DNA of 64,000 bases from NCBI RefSeq assembly GCF_002571385.2, contig NW_019217819.1, positions 44,273-108,272 on the forward strand, given 5' to 3'. The first letter of the stretch is position 1. Each line of letters opens with the position of its first letter. A model generated the notes under the pieces. It was given only the letters and a program-made list of their open reading frames with translations. It was not told where the DNA came from and did no database searches. Below are positions 12,601 to 24,184 of this stretch, piece by piece. The stretch is from Stylophora pistillata (lineage: Eukaryota). The translations under genes and the position numbers were made by a program.

Positions 12601-15600
12601 ACTGAGATTGAAGTTGTGCTTGAGTGTGGACATCGAAAAAAGCTTTTATGCCATATGAAGGACACCTCACCAAAATGTACTGAGAGGTGCAACAGAGTTT
12701 TGGATTGTGGACACACTTGCTCCAGTGTTTGTTTTGAGGACTGCAGAATAAGGCAATGTAGAACCATGGTTAACAAGTCTCTTCCTTGTGGTCACGAGAA
12801 AAAAGTCCCTTGCCCACAAGACCCAGCATCTGTTTTCTGCTACGCTCCTTGTCAACGACAGCTCGATTGCGGACATAAGTGTCCAACTGTGTGCGGGCGT
12901 CCCTGCCAAGAGGTTCAGTGTCAAGAATTGTGCCTAAAGAAGTGTGGTGGTGGTCATATTTGTCCAAAACCGTGCCATTATGGTATTTCTTGTGGGGATT
13001 GCATGAGAATGGTTCATGTGGAAATTCCAAAGTGCAAACACAGTACTTGGAAGCCTTGTCACGTAGATACAGCCACGCTTAACTGTGAAAGGCCATGTGA
13101 GAGGTTTAAAGCCTGTGGACATCCCTGTCTGGATATTTGTGGTGCAGACTGTGAAAACCAACCATGCAAGAAGAGGGTTGAAGTTCAACTGTCATGTGGA
13201 CATCAAAAGTCCCTGTTATGCAACGTTACAAGGAGTGGTACAGAGAATTTACAGTGCAACGAGATAGTCGAGAAAGAATTATCCTGCAAACATAGAAAAC
13301 AACTTCCTTGTCACAAATGTCCTGACGAGTACGAATGCAAAGAGAAAGTCAAAGTAAAATTATTGTGTGGACATACAAAGTCTCTTGTTTGCTCCGTTGC
13401 AACCGGCAACCTGCAAGGTATTTCCTGCATGGTGAAGATGGAACGAAAACTACCTTGCGGACATGAAGCAACGCTTCCGTGCTACAAAACGCCTGAAGAG
13501 TATCTCTGCGAGAAGGAAGTTGAGATTATTCTTTCCTGTTCCCACAGGAAGCTTGTGACATGTGCCAGGGCAAGAATTGAACCGGGAAACGAATCCTGTT
13601 ATACAACTGTAACGAGAAAACTAGCCTGTGGGCATGAAAAGGAGATGAAGTGCTCAGATAAACAGCAGGAGGCATTTTGTGAAGTTTCTTGTGAACGCTC
13701 TCTTCCATGCAAGCACCCTTGTCCCGGAAAATGTGGGGATAATTGCTCTGGTTTCAAATGTGCCGTCACAGTTTCAAAATTTCTGGCTTGCGGATTTCAT
13801 AAAATGAATTTCCTATGCTCTGAAGATGTGTCCAGGGTCATTTGTACAAAAAACTGCACAAAATATTTAGTTTGCGAACATAAATGTCCTGGTAAATGTT
13901 TCGAAGACTGCAATCAACACAAATGCCAAAAGAAGATACTCAAACATCTTCATTGTGCGGGTAACCACTCTCTGAAAATGGCTTGTAGCGACGACCCCAC
14001 AACTGTAACATGCCGAAAGCCATGCGAGAAAACTCTGGATTGCGGCCACCCATGTCCGGGGCTATGCTTTGAAGACTGTGAAAACATGCAGTGTATGAGA
14101 AGAATAGAAAAACGTTTTCCATGCAATCATGAAGAAGCAATTAGTTGCTGTAAAAGTAAGACTGCTACTTGCTCAGCACGCTGTGGGCGTCGAAAGAGCT
14201 CATGCAAACATATTTGTCAGGGAGTTTGCGGTCAAGACTGCTCCAAATACCCCTGTATGGTGGTTGTGGTAAAAAAACTTTCATGTGGTCATAACGTTAA
14301 GATGCCTTGTAGCCAGAATGCTGATGATGTAGAATGCCCTGCTCCATGTAAAGATTATTTGCCTTGTGGTCACCAGTGTTCAGGGAATTGTAGCGATTGT
14401 CATCAACGGGATTCACATGAAATGTGTCAATATTCATGCCGTCGATTGCTTGTTTGCTCACATCGATGTAAAGCCAAGTGCGGTGAGCCTTGTCCTCCAT
14501 GTGACAGAAAATGTGGCCGACGATGCCCTCATGCTAGATGTACAAATCACTGTTCGCAGCCGTGCAAGTCATGCAAACAACCCTGTACCTGGAGTTGTCC
14601 TCATTACCAGTGTAATAGCCTTTGTGGAGAAGAATGCGACCGACCTCGATGTGACGCTCCCTGCCCCAAAAAACTGTCTTGCCGCCACCCGTGCATTGGT
14701 TTATGTGGTGAGAACTGTCCTACTGTCTGTCCCGTTTGTCATCCTAAAAAGTTCTCCTCTTTGTTAGCTAATGGACGCGGTAAAAAAATGGAATCAACAA
14801 GATACTTGCAGCTATGGGATTGCAATCACATTGTAGAGGTCAAGGAGATGGACAAGTGGATGGACTCTCATTTGGATAATGACGCTCAACTCATAACAAG
14901 ATGTCCGAAATGCACTGTAGCAATAACATTCAGCTATCGTTACGCGAGAATTATCAAAAAGATGCTCACGAACATTGAAAATGTAAAGATACAAGTGCAA
15001 GAAGTTGAAAGGGAAGTAGGAAAGTCAATCAGCCTTATAGGAAAGGACCTACTGCGTCTAAATTATGTTGTTCCGAGAGTCCTGCTGTCTCCAAGAGAGG
15101 GCGCCCATCTACCACTATGCATTCCATGGAATTGGAACCCCCTTACTTTACCAGGAATGCCAGAGCGCCGCGTTTCTTTAATGTTCACATTTAAGAACCA
15201 TTTGATGATACTTAGGCAAGCACAGCAAGCTCATCCAGTGCTAGAAAACATTCGCAGACTTCAAGCAGAATCACAAAACCAGGTTGATGAGGGTAGGCTG
15301 TTAAAAGACATCGAAGCCTCCTTTGGACAAATCAAAGAATACCTTGAGAAACCACAACTGGATTTAAAAACACTCAGTCAAGTTCATCAACAAACCAAAA
15401 AGATCTTTCTTTTCTGTCATGTTTTAGAGGCCCAAAGCAAGGCTGTGCAGCAACGGATTCCTTTGTCCAGAATGGGTGAAACTCGGCTAAGATTGGCTCG
15501 CGAGCGGTTTGCTTTGTTCCTTCAAGGTGAAGATAATTCTCTGGATCTTGAATGGTTGGAAAAAATCGTCAATGTGTTAAGAACCGAGGTAAAACTTCCT

Positions 15601-15783
15601 ATTCTACAGGTTGAAGAAATTCTGAGCTTTGCAAATTTTCCAGGATATCAAAGAGACGTCTGGAACTTGTGTGGACAAGGTCACATGTACTACACGACTA
15701 GAATTGTGCGAGGTGGCAAAGACATTTCTGTAGGGGGTGAAGGTTGCACTCGGTGTGCGGATGGTCACAATGAAACAAGTTAA
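6699..15783 (+). CDS. ZNFX1: ZNFX1-like protein, copy B (~2627 aa). Exons 6699-6738, 7395-7499, 7809-7925, 8162-15783
   Basis: The 2527-aa ORF has all SF1 motifs (GPPGTGKT, IEEAAE, LIGDHKQLRP, QHRMRPEI, VDNFQGEE, NRICVALSRAR), ~31 LxCGH-type fingers, a CxH..CxxC RING-like segment and a degenerate RZ finger. Upstream exons were inferred from AG/GT sites, frame continuity (CACCATGCC start) and homology to exons of C and D. Confidence 0.93.
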
Positions 15784-16284
15784 CTGAGAGACTGATGTAG
15801 AATGATGTAAAACACATTCAGCAAATCTGAGTTCAGGTGTGCAATATAATACAGCGGTTTAAACACAATTACGCTTTAAACCGTCCTAAACAGTCTAGCG
15901 TGAAGAGAACATGAAAAATATGCAGAAGTCAGCGGAAGCGCAAGAACATTAACTTTCTTGTCACTGGTTGAAACACCGTCTTGATGGTGAAGGTAGTGTC
16001 GCACAATGTTTACAACTAATCTTGAACTTAAACGACCTCTATAACTTGCGGGAAAAAAGTTGGACAACATTGAACAATATTGAACTAGAGAATTTCCTTT
16101 GGCCAACTGACGTAGTGTGCGTGGTAAGGATAATTCTGATAACGCAGAGAGTGAGATATCCTTAATGAGAGGCCGAGAACGTATTGTAAGTGGACTGCTG
16201 CTTAAATCCGTTCCTTCAGCTTTCAAAGACGAGACTTGAAAAGACTAGTAGATACCTCTGTTGCCCGTACATAATTAAGACCCG

Positions 16285-16530
16285 TTTTCAGTCTCCACGA
16301 AAGAAACTGTTTGGGGCTGCGTCGGTGGGAGTAACGAAATAATTTGGATATATCAACAAAGTTGAAATGGTAAATTGGCCACCGTAATGATTACAAAAGC
16401 TGACGTTTCGAGCGTTAGCCCTTCGTCGGAGCGAATAGAGGAATTGTGGGTTGTGTGTGCTTTTAAAGGCAGAAAATGGAGCTACGTTATTGGTGGGAGC
16501 ATGGCAACGAGAAAAACATATAAACAAATA
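16285..16530 (-). mobile_element. Penelope-like element terminal-repeat fragment nested in the BEL relic
   Basis: Contains the hammerhead-like motif GCTCCGACGAAGGGCTAACGCTCGAAACGTCAGC and the tail CCCACCGACGCAGC, which I recognise from PLE ends. BEL-like coding resumes beyond it, with TTAACTAT/TTAATTAT as a possible target duplication. Confidence 0.7.
16399..16432 (-). ncRNA. Minimal type I hammerhead ribozyme-like motif (U4C core variant)
   Basis: Stem I GCU/AGC, core CCGACGA(A), stem II GGGC-UAAC-GCUC, GAAA, palindromic ACGU stem III and a GUC cleavage triplet. Confidence 0.6.
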
Positions 16531-17410
16531 GTTAACTGTTCCATAAGCGCTCTTTGATGCATCCACGAAGGTGTGAACGTTACTCGGTCTTTCTTCTTTT
16601 GACTCTCTCAAATTTCTAAGAATTGTGATTTCTTTCGGGATTTCTTCCCCTGAAAACCATTGTTGAGCTCGGATAGGGATCTCTTGAGTAACAGGATAAT
16701 CCCATTCTATACCCATTGCCCACAAATCTTGAATGAAAAACGACGAAAGCGCAGGAGGACTTCGAACAGATTTGCTTGAAGCTTGAGGTCTGGTAGAATT
16801 GGATCATTTAAAGATGTATCTTGAAACTTTTCGCTGGCATCAAACACGATCCTCGTCTTTGTAGTGGACCTCTCGAGACGGCATACGGGAAAGTGAGGGA
16901 GGTACCACAAACACTGCGGCTCGTTTTCGGCTTGAGGTACATTACGAATGTAACTTTTCTCGAGGTACTATGCGATAACGTTCTGATAATCCTCTCCCAA
17001 TGAGGGTTGGCGAGTCAAACGATTCTCCGTATTTCTAAGGCGGCTGAAGGCCATCTCATAGTTATTTGGTAACGCAGGACGTTCATGCTTCTAGGGTGTG
17101 ACAACTTGGTAACGCTTCCCATCGTGAACAACTGAGACTTGAACTTTATCAAGGGCTATTTTCTCCTCTCTTGTCATCGGTGTTGCGCAATTCTCCTGGA
17201 TGGCTAAGGCTTCAACTTTGCAGAACCGCTTCGTAGAATTGTTTAGTTCGTCAAATGCTTTCGATCTGCTTAAAAAGGTACAGATCTGTGAATCTTCGTT
17301 GACACTTTTCCTTCTGGACAGCCGATACACGACTACCCAACGGCCCTAACCTAGCCATTGGCTCACCTGGTTTTCCTCTGACGTCAGCTTTCGCGAAATG
17401 AAGATCAATN

Positions 17411-18482
17411 ATTGATCTTCATTTCGCGAAAGCTGACGTCAGAGGAAAACCAGGTGAGCCAATGGCTAGGTTAGGGCCGTTGGGTAGTCGTGTATCGGCT
17501 GTCCAGAAGGAAAAGTGTCAACGAAGATTCACAGATCTGTACCTTTTTAAGCAGATCGAAAGCATTTGACGAACTAAACAATTCTACGAAGCGGTTCTGC
17601 AAAGTTGAAGCCTTAGCCATCCAGGAGAATTGCGCAACACCGATGACAAGAGAGGAGAAAATAGCCCTTGATAAAGTTCAAGTCTCAGTTGTTCACGATG
17701 GGAAGCGTTACCAAGTTGTCACACCCTAGAAGCATGAACGTCCTGCGTTACCAAATAACTATGAGATGGCCTTCAGCCGCCTTAGAAATACGGAGAATCG
17801 TTTGACTCGCCAACCCTCATTGGGAGAGGATTATCAGAACGTTATCGCATAGTACCTCGAGAAAAGTTACATTCGTAATGTACCTCAAGCCGAAAACGAG
17901 CCGCAGTGTTTGTGGTACCTCCCTCACTTTCCCGTATGCCGTCTCGAGAGGTCCACTACAAAGACGAGGATCGTGTTTGATGCCAGCGAAAAGTTTCAAG
18001 ATACATCTTTAAATGATCCAATTCTACCAGACCTCAAGCTTCAAGCAAATCTGTTCGAAGTCCTCCTGCGCTTTCGTCGTTTTTCATTCAAGATTTGTGG
18101 GCAATGGGTATAGAATGGGATTATCCTGTTACTCAAGAGATCCCTATCCGAGCTCAACAATGGTTTTCAGGGGAAGAAATCCCGAAAGAAATCACAATTC
18201 TTAGAAATTTGAGAGAGTCAAAAGAAGAAAGACCGAGTAACGTTCACACCTTCGTGGATGCATCAAAGAGCGCTTATGGAACAGTTAACTATTTGTTTAT
18301 ATGTTTTTCTCGTTGCCATGCTCCCACCAATAACGTAGCTCCATTTTCTGCCTTTAAAAGCACACACAACCCACAATTCCTCTATTCGCTCCGACGAAGG
18401 GCTAACGCTCGAAACGTCAGCTTTTGTAATCATTACGGTGGCCAATTTACCATTTCATTTTTGTTGATATAACCAAATTATT
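17411..18482 (+). repeat. Mirror (inverted) copy of 16338-17409: BEL fragment plus Penelope end, with the hammerhead motif at 18388-18421
   Basis: ORF pairs are exactly symmetric about the single N at 17410. The arms look identical except for ~3 mismatches in the outermost 25 bp. Confidence 0.95.
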
Positions 18483-19859
18483 AGTTTAAGAGAGTTGACC
18501 AATGGCATGTTTTTAGCCATCACAGTGCACTGATGGATAAAAAATGATGACAGCAAAAGAAACATGTATGTGTACTATCGTAGTGAGTAAAGAATCCTAC
18601 AATCAGGAAACTTCATGACAAAGAAAATGGTTAGACGATCTCTCTTAACCCATCCAGTTCCAGGAGGGACTAAAGAACATTCAAGAATGTTTTCTCGCAA
18701 TTTCGATACATTTTTCCCACGGAAAGGCGATGAGAAAATAAAAATCTATCAACTGGGGACATTGCTTGACTCCACACCGGGGGCGGAGATTAAAATAAAT
18801 GTGTGGCGGAAAGTGTGAAAAATCGATTATTTACATCTTGCAATTGGGATTAAAAAGTTAGATTGGCAAATCGACGTTTATTATCTGTCGAGAAAGGAAA
18901 AAAAAGCGACAACAGCTTCTGAACAATCTTTATACCTATTACGCCTGCTTGTAGCGATTCCCAACGTTTAGTATCAACTCTTGTCAACTACGAAAAAAGC
19001 AAAATCTGATTTTAACCAAAACTTTTCGTATTTCGTCACTAGACTACAGTTTATGAACCTCTTTCAACTTCTTACCTGGAGAGAGCCACAGTACGTATTG
19101 TAGAAAGTTTGCTAGAATTTTTTTTATTATTTGCCAGAAGGACGAATATTTCAAAAAGGACAAAGATAGTGAAATATGATCTGAGCTATTTTTTATATTG
19201 GCGCCAAGAAAAGAAAAGCGTTAGGGTCTGGTCTGCAAAGTAAAGGTTTCAGGGGATCCTAAACTGGTACCTAGTGGTAACCAAGTGTCCCAGTTCCCGT
19301 TGATTCCGATAAGTTTCCCATGTCAGCTTTTACGAGATAACTTGAAAATGTTAATTTCTAAATTTCTTTTAAAATTAAGCATTTCTATAGCTACGAAAAC
19401 ACGAAGGTATCATTTCCGGGAAAACAGCTTCTCTTGACCTTTGTTTTGTCTTCACGTTTACATCTGGTTAGAGAGGGCATACTTGGGCAGTGGCCTGTTT
19501 AGAGTGTGTTACCGTATGTTTCTTGTGGAACAACGTCATTCTGAATTCGTCGTCATTGATCCAAAAAACCCACGCGGCGCTGCTCAATTGTTTATATTTG
19601 ATGTTTTGTTAAATGAAGTAAATTTGAAATTAGATCGTGGAAAACAGCAGTAAGCTATCTACCGAAGTGCTTAGAAGTCGTCGCTAGAAACTGTTTTACT
19701 ATCAAACGGGGACGCCACTTTTATCAATATTACAAGGATATGACAGGTAACACGGTTAAGTGGGACACGGGATGAGAAAAAAAAAAGAACTTCGAGGGAA
19801 GTGGGATAACCTGACTGGCTATGTAAGCCTTTTCAGGCAGATTATCTTTACCACGCAGA

Positions 19860-20110
19860 AGGCATTCCAATATTCAACATCTCTGACTCCAAAGTCCATT
19901 CCAATTTTAATTACTTTCCTTTTCCGAGAAAACGGTAATTGCTAGACGAAAAATTTTTTCTCAGAATCTTCCGGTTTCGCAAGTTTTCACTATATCATTT
20001 AAGATATTGGTTTCTGAGTTATATTGCTATGCCGAAACACCGTATTCCTGTGAAAGAAGCTGAAGCAGGGTTCTAGATTAGACTTGGAAAGGCTGGTGTA
20101 TTACTTGGTT
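19860..20110 (+). promoter_or_regulatory. Copy C homologue of the promoter block, with GAS/STAT sites
   Basis: GTCCATTCC at 19894, TTCCGAGAA at 19922-19930 and TTCTCAGAA at 19958-19966 occur in the same order and similar spacing as in copy B. A further TTCCGGGAA lies at 19414-19422. Confidence 0.55.
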
Positions 20111-21523
20111 AGTGAAAACAATGTCTTTTGTGCTCTTTAATGTTGCATTTCACACATTTCTGTGTAGATTACAAGAGAGGCAGTACCATTCGCAGGCCAC
20201 TGAAATTTTGATATCGCAATTACATAAAAATCAAACTAGTTTTATACGACTCGTTGTGTGGTTCACAACAAAAATACATTGTTTTAGCGATTATGATCCC
20301 ACAATGGCGGGCATGACGAATGCAAAATGTAAGTCATGAAGAGAAACATGATTAGCTCTTAATGACCAATCATTCACAACCATAGAACGTTTACGTACCA
20401 TAGTAAATTATAGAAAGTGCCTTCAAAACCGATCATAACACTCGAGAATCTTGAATGGTTAACCAGAAGTGAACCCAACAGACCCTCTATTACAAATCTA
20501 TTAAATCAAGTATTAGTCGAACCACAAGAGCGACTACTGTCGGTCGATTCATGTTTTCAATCCTTAAGCAAACGCTGTCGTCAAATCTGCTATAATTTCG
20601 ACTGTTTTTCATACTGAGTGAAGACAATCGGATCGCGAGAACTTCGATTAACTATCCATGGCTGTTGCGTCATATTGCACAACGGCCCACTAAGAACTTG
20701 CATACAAAAAGCAACATTTTTTAAATTTTTTTCTTCCACTGTGTTTCACAAATTAACTTGGAGCATCATGAGTTTCAAAACTTTCATTTATGCTCGAACT
20801 GATGCCTCAAAATCCCTCGCAAGAAAGTCATGGGTATTCTTCTATAGTTATTTCCGCTTAGCTGGACTATGCCCGAGAAAGAATAATAAACATGGGGTCA
20901 TACTTTTTATATCATTTATATCAGGATAAATATATATGCCGATAATAATGTTTTTACTTCAGATTACTAGAAAATCTTGGATTTCAAACTATAGAGATTG
21001 TAAATGCAAATTAAAACTTCGTACCAATTCCAGATGGATTTGAAAAATGCTTCGTATCGGCGAATTTAATAGCTATGAAGTAATTAAAATTCCTGCTTCA
21101 CAAGCTTAAAGTTGGAAGATGAAGTTAGCATTTCCTATTTTGCTAAATGGGCGCCACAAGTAGGCTGCTTTAGTTTGATAGGAACATTGTTATGTGAATT
21201 TTGAATGTTAAATTTTGATGCATTTCATAAATAGCGCTGCAAGTGAGTTCGTCGGAAAATGGCTATAGATACTAAGACAGCAAATTTGTGCTTGATGAAT
21301 GGGCGATTGTCTTCTCTTCCCGATTCCTTTCTTAATCAAAACCAACTGAATCTATGTATCGTGGTAAACCAGATCTTTGGGATAAAGGATGCAACACTGT
21401 GCAACTCTGAACATTGGGAGCTGACGGTCGTTTTGTTAAGAGCAATAAACCGAAGCAGCCCAATCAGCCAACGGTTGTTGACAACCTTGAAATCGCTCGA
21501 ACGATAAAACGTATTTGTATATG

Positions 21524-21879
21524 TGCACGATCCTTCGCAGTAAAGCACTATTTAAGCAATAGTGAAAATCAGACCTGAAAAGGAAAGGAGGAAAAGGAAC
21601 GAGGGTACGAAGGTAGGAAACGAGGAAAAGGAACGAGGGAACGAAGGTACGAGGAAAATCGTGAATCTTTTGACCTTAACGCTGCGAAGTTTGAAAGCGG
21701 AGCGATGCAATATTTTCGGGGGAAAAATCGCTCGGGCGCTTGAACCCTTTCAAAACAAGTTTTCCACACTTGTCCTTCTTTTATAAGTTACATTAACGAC
21801 GAACTCAAACTTATTCAAACTTATTCAGGTCTAATTTTCACTATTGCTTAAATAGTGCTTTACTGCGAAGGATCGTGCA
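21524..21879. repeat. 56-bp inverted-repeat pair enclosing a captured ~180-bp piece of the neighbouring foldback element
   Basis: 21524-21579 is the reverse complement of 21824-21879. 21645-21825 matches ~23220-23395. Confidence 0.85.
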
Positions 21880-22495
21880 AATATACGTTTCATAACCGCA
21901 GTTCATATATATGTATTTCATATGTTTGTTGTTTAAAACGTATTTGGTCAAATAAATTGCTTTCCACGCTCATCACGGAAACGAACCTTGATAGATTACA
22001 TAAATAAAATAACGGTCTGGCGATGAACGATGCAAAAAGTAATACACTGCATTATATTACTGCTTTTCAATTTTTTTACATCACCCTTGTTAACTCGTAC
22101 AATATTCGCTGTATCATTCAGTCAGTTGTCACATAATCCTTTATGTTTTCTGTTGAAAAACTTGTATAAATGGTTTCCGCTGAAACACCTTTCTAAGAAA
22201 GAAAAGAAAATCGTCATTATTTCATGGTTGATGCTTTGCCTATAATCAACCTTTCGTAAGTATACTCTAAAACTAAGATGGCGCCTGAAATTGAAGTAAG
22301 TCATGTGCTTAAATTCTGTGGGTCACCTACGACCGAAGAGACCACAAAACCAACATTTTTTTTAACGATGGCAAACTTGATAAGAAACTCAATGGTTGGA
22401 TAGAATCAAGCATTTAGCAATTGTTTTATCGATAAACTGCTTCACAGTTTCTGAAATTGCTATCTACACTGCCACATTGGCAAATGCAATTAGAC

Positions 22496-23587
22496 CACAG
22501 GGAGCCCATACAATATGTTTGTGTGCCGATTGTTATTTTATAGTAAATGTAACAGATTTACCGTTTGCCTCACCTATAGCGATATATTGCTGACTATTTA
22601 TGTAAATCAATGAGAAATGAACGTTGAATTACCATACCTGTGGTGTATAGTCGTCCTTTTGCCTCAAAAATGATTTTTTGAGCGATTTTGAACAAGTTTG
22701 AGTTCGTCGTTAATGTAACTTACAAAAGAAGGACAAGGGTGGAAACCTTGTTTTGAAAGGGTTCAAGCGCCCTAGCGATTTTTCCCCCGAAAATTGCATT
22801 GCTCCGCTGGCTTCGCAGCATTAAGGTCAAAAGATTCACGATTCTCCTCGTACTTTCCAATCGAAAATCCATCCAAACGGACCGCAGCTAGTCCTCGAAA
22901 AAAATCAAAATGCCACAGTATTAGAGCGTCTGGGATGCCTGGCAAGATTCTCATGTGCCAGCCAGAAACCGTCACGCTGATTGCCCTTTTCTGATTGGAC
23001 GGCGTTAAACGATGACCAATTCAAAATATCGAACGAGGGTGGGGAACCATTGGCGTTTAGTCATCGTTTAACGTTGTCCAATCAGAAAAGGGTAATCAGC
23101 GTGACGGTGTCTGGCTGGCACATGAGAATCTTGCTAGGCATCCCAGACGCTCTAATACCGTGGAATTTTGATTTTCTTCGAGGACTAGCTCCGGTCCGTT
23201 TGGATGCATTTTTGACTGGAAGGTACGAGGAAAATCGTGAATCTTTTGACCTTAACGCTGCGAAGTTTGAAAGCGGAGCGATGCAATATTTTCGGAGGAA
23301 AAATCGCTCGGGCGCTTGAACCCTCTCAAAACAAGTTTTCCACACTTGTCCTTCTGTTATGAGTTACATTAACGACGACCTCAAACTTATTCAAAATCGC
23401 TAAAAAAATAATTTTTGAGGCAAAAGGACGACTATACACCATAAGTAAGGTAATTCAACGTTTATTTCTCATTGATTTATGTACATAGTTAGCAATATAT
23501 CGCTATAGGTGAGGAAGACGGTAAATCTGGTATATTCACTATAAATTAACAATCGGCTACACAAACAGATTGTATGGGCTCCCTGTG
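22496..23587. mobile_element. Non-autonomous foldback DNA transposon, P-element/Galileo-like (1092 bp)
   Basis: Termini are CACAGGGAGCCCATACAAT...ATTGTATGGGCTCCCTGTG. The imperfect arms are ~520 bp with a ~45-bp spacer, and there is a perfect 7-bp TSD ATTAGAC (22489-22495 and 23588-23594). CANRG ends with a 7-bp TSD fit the P superfamily. Confidence 0.85.
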
Positions 23588-24184
23588 ATTAGACCGTGCC
23601 GTCACATCATGCCTCATAACTCGTTCCAGTTGGTCGCCCCCATCCTGCGAGCGTGGATTGTATTTATAATCACAATCTGCATAAGCGAAGGTTTTCTGGA
23701 AAAACGTCAAGGTAGTTAATTTAGAAATCGAAAGCTGCTTAATTTTTTCTTTTCTTTTTTTTTTTTTTTAATGTTCTTTCTTCATGCCGAAAGGCTTTGT
23801 AGGCTCCGCGGTCTGCCTATCCAGCTTTTCGTAACCCAATGAAAAAGTTCGTACCAGCAACAAAAGAACGACCTTCAAGGGTGAAACACTAGTACAATTT
23901 ATAAAATTTTGAAGACTTACGAAAACGCCCCCGCTTTGTTCAAGCTTCAAGTGACCATAATGACATTTCAGAGCTGTCTCGTGTTTTAAAACTCGACAAA
24001 TTGTTTTAGACTCGTCAGGTATTATCTATTTTCCACTAGTTTTACTCCACAGTTGAAACAGTTCAATGCGAATAGACTGCTCCTGCAACATGATGGGTAA
24101 GGTTTAGTTGTAGGGGTTAGCTTTGTAAATGTGGTGAGGTACTAAAACGGCTCAATTGTGATACATCACTCCTCTTTCAGCACC

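Larger units (their letters stand above)
16225..17409 (-). mobile_element. Degenerate BEL/Pao LTR-retrotransposon pol fragment (RT N-terminus and RNase H), interrupted by a Penelope end
   Basis: Motifs WYLPHFPV..TTKTRIVFDAS, SLND..LQANLFEVLLRFR, LWAMGIEWD and HTFVDASKSAYG are present. It has stops and frameshifts, and the RT core is deleted. Confidence 0.85.

Noticed and set aside
22772-23345. ORFs within the foldback element, and similar ones at 21562-21786
   Set aside because: No transposase motifs; they are by-products of the inverted repeat.
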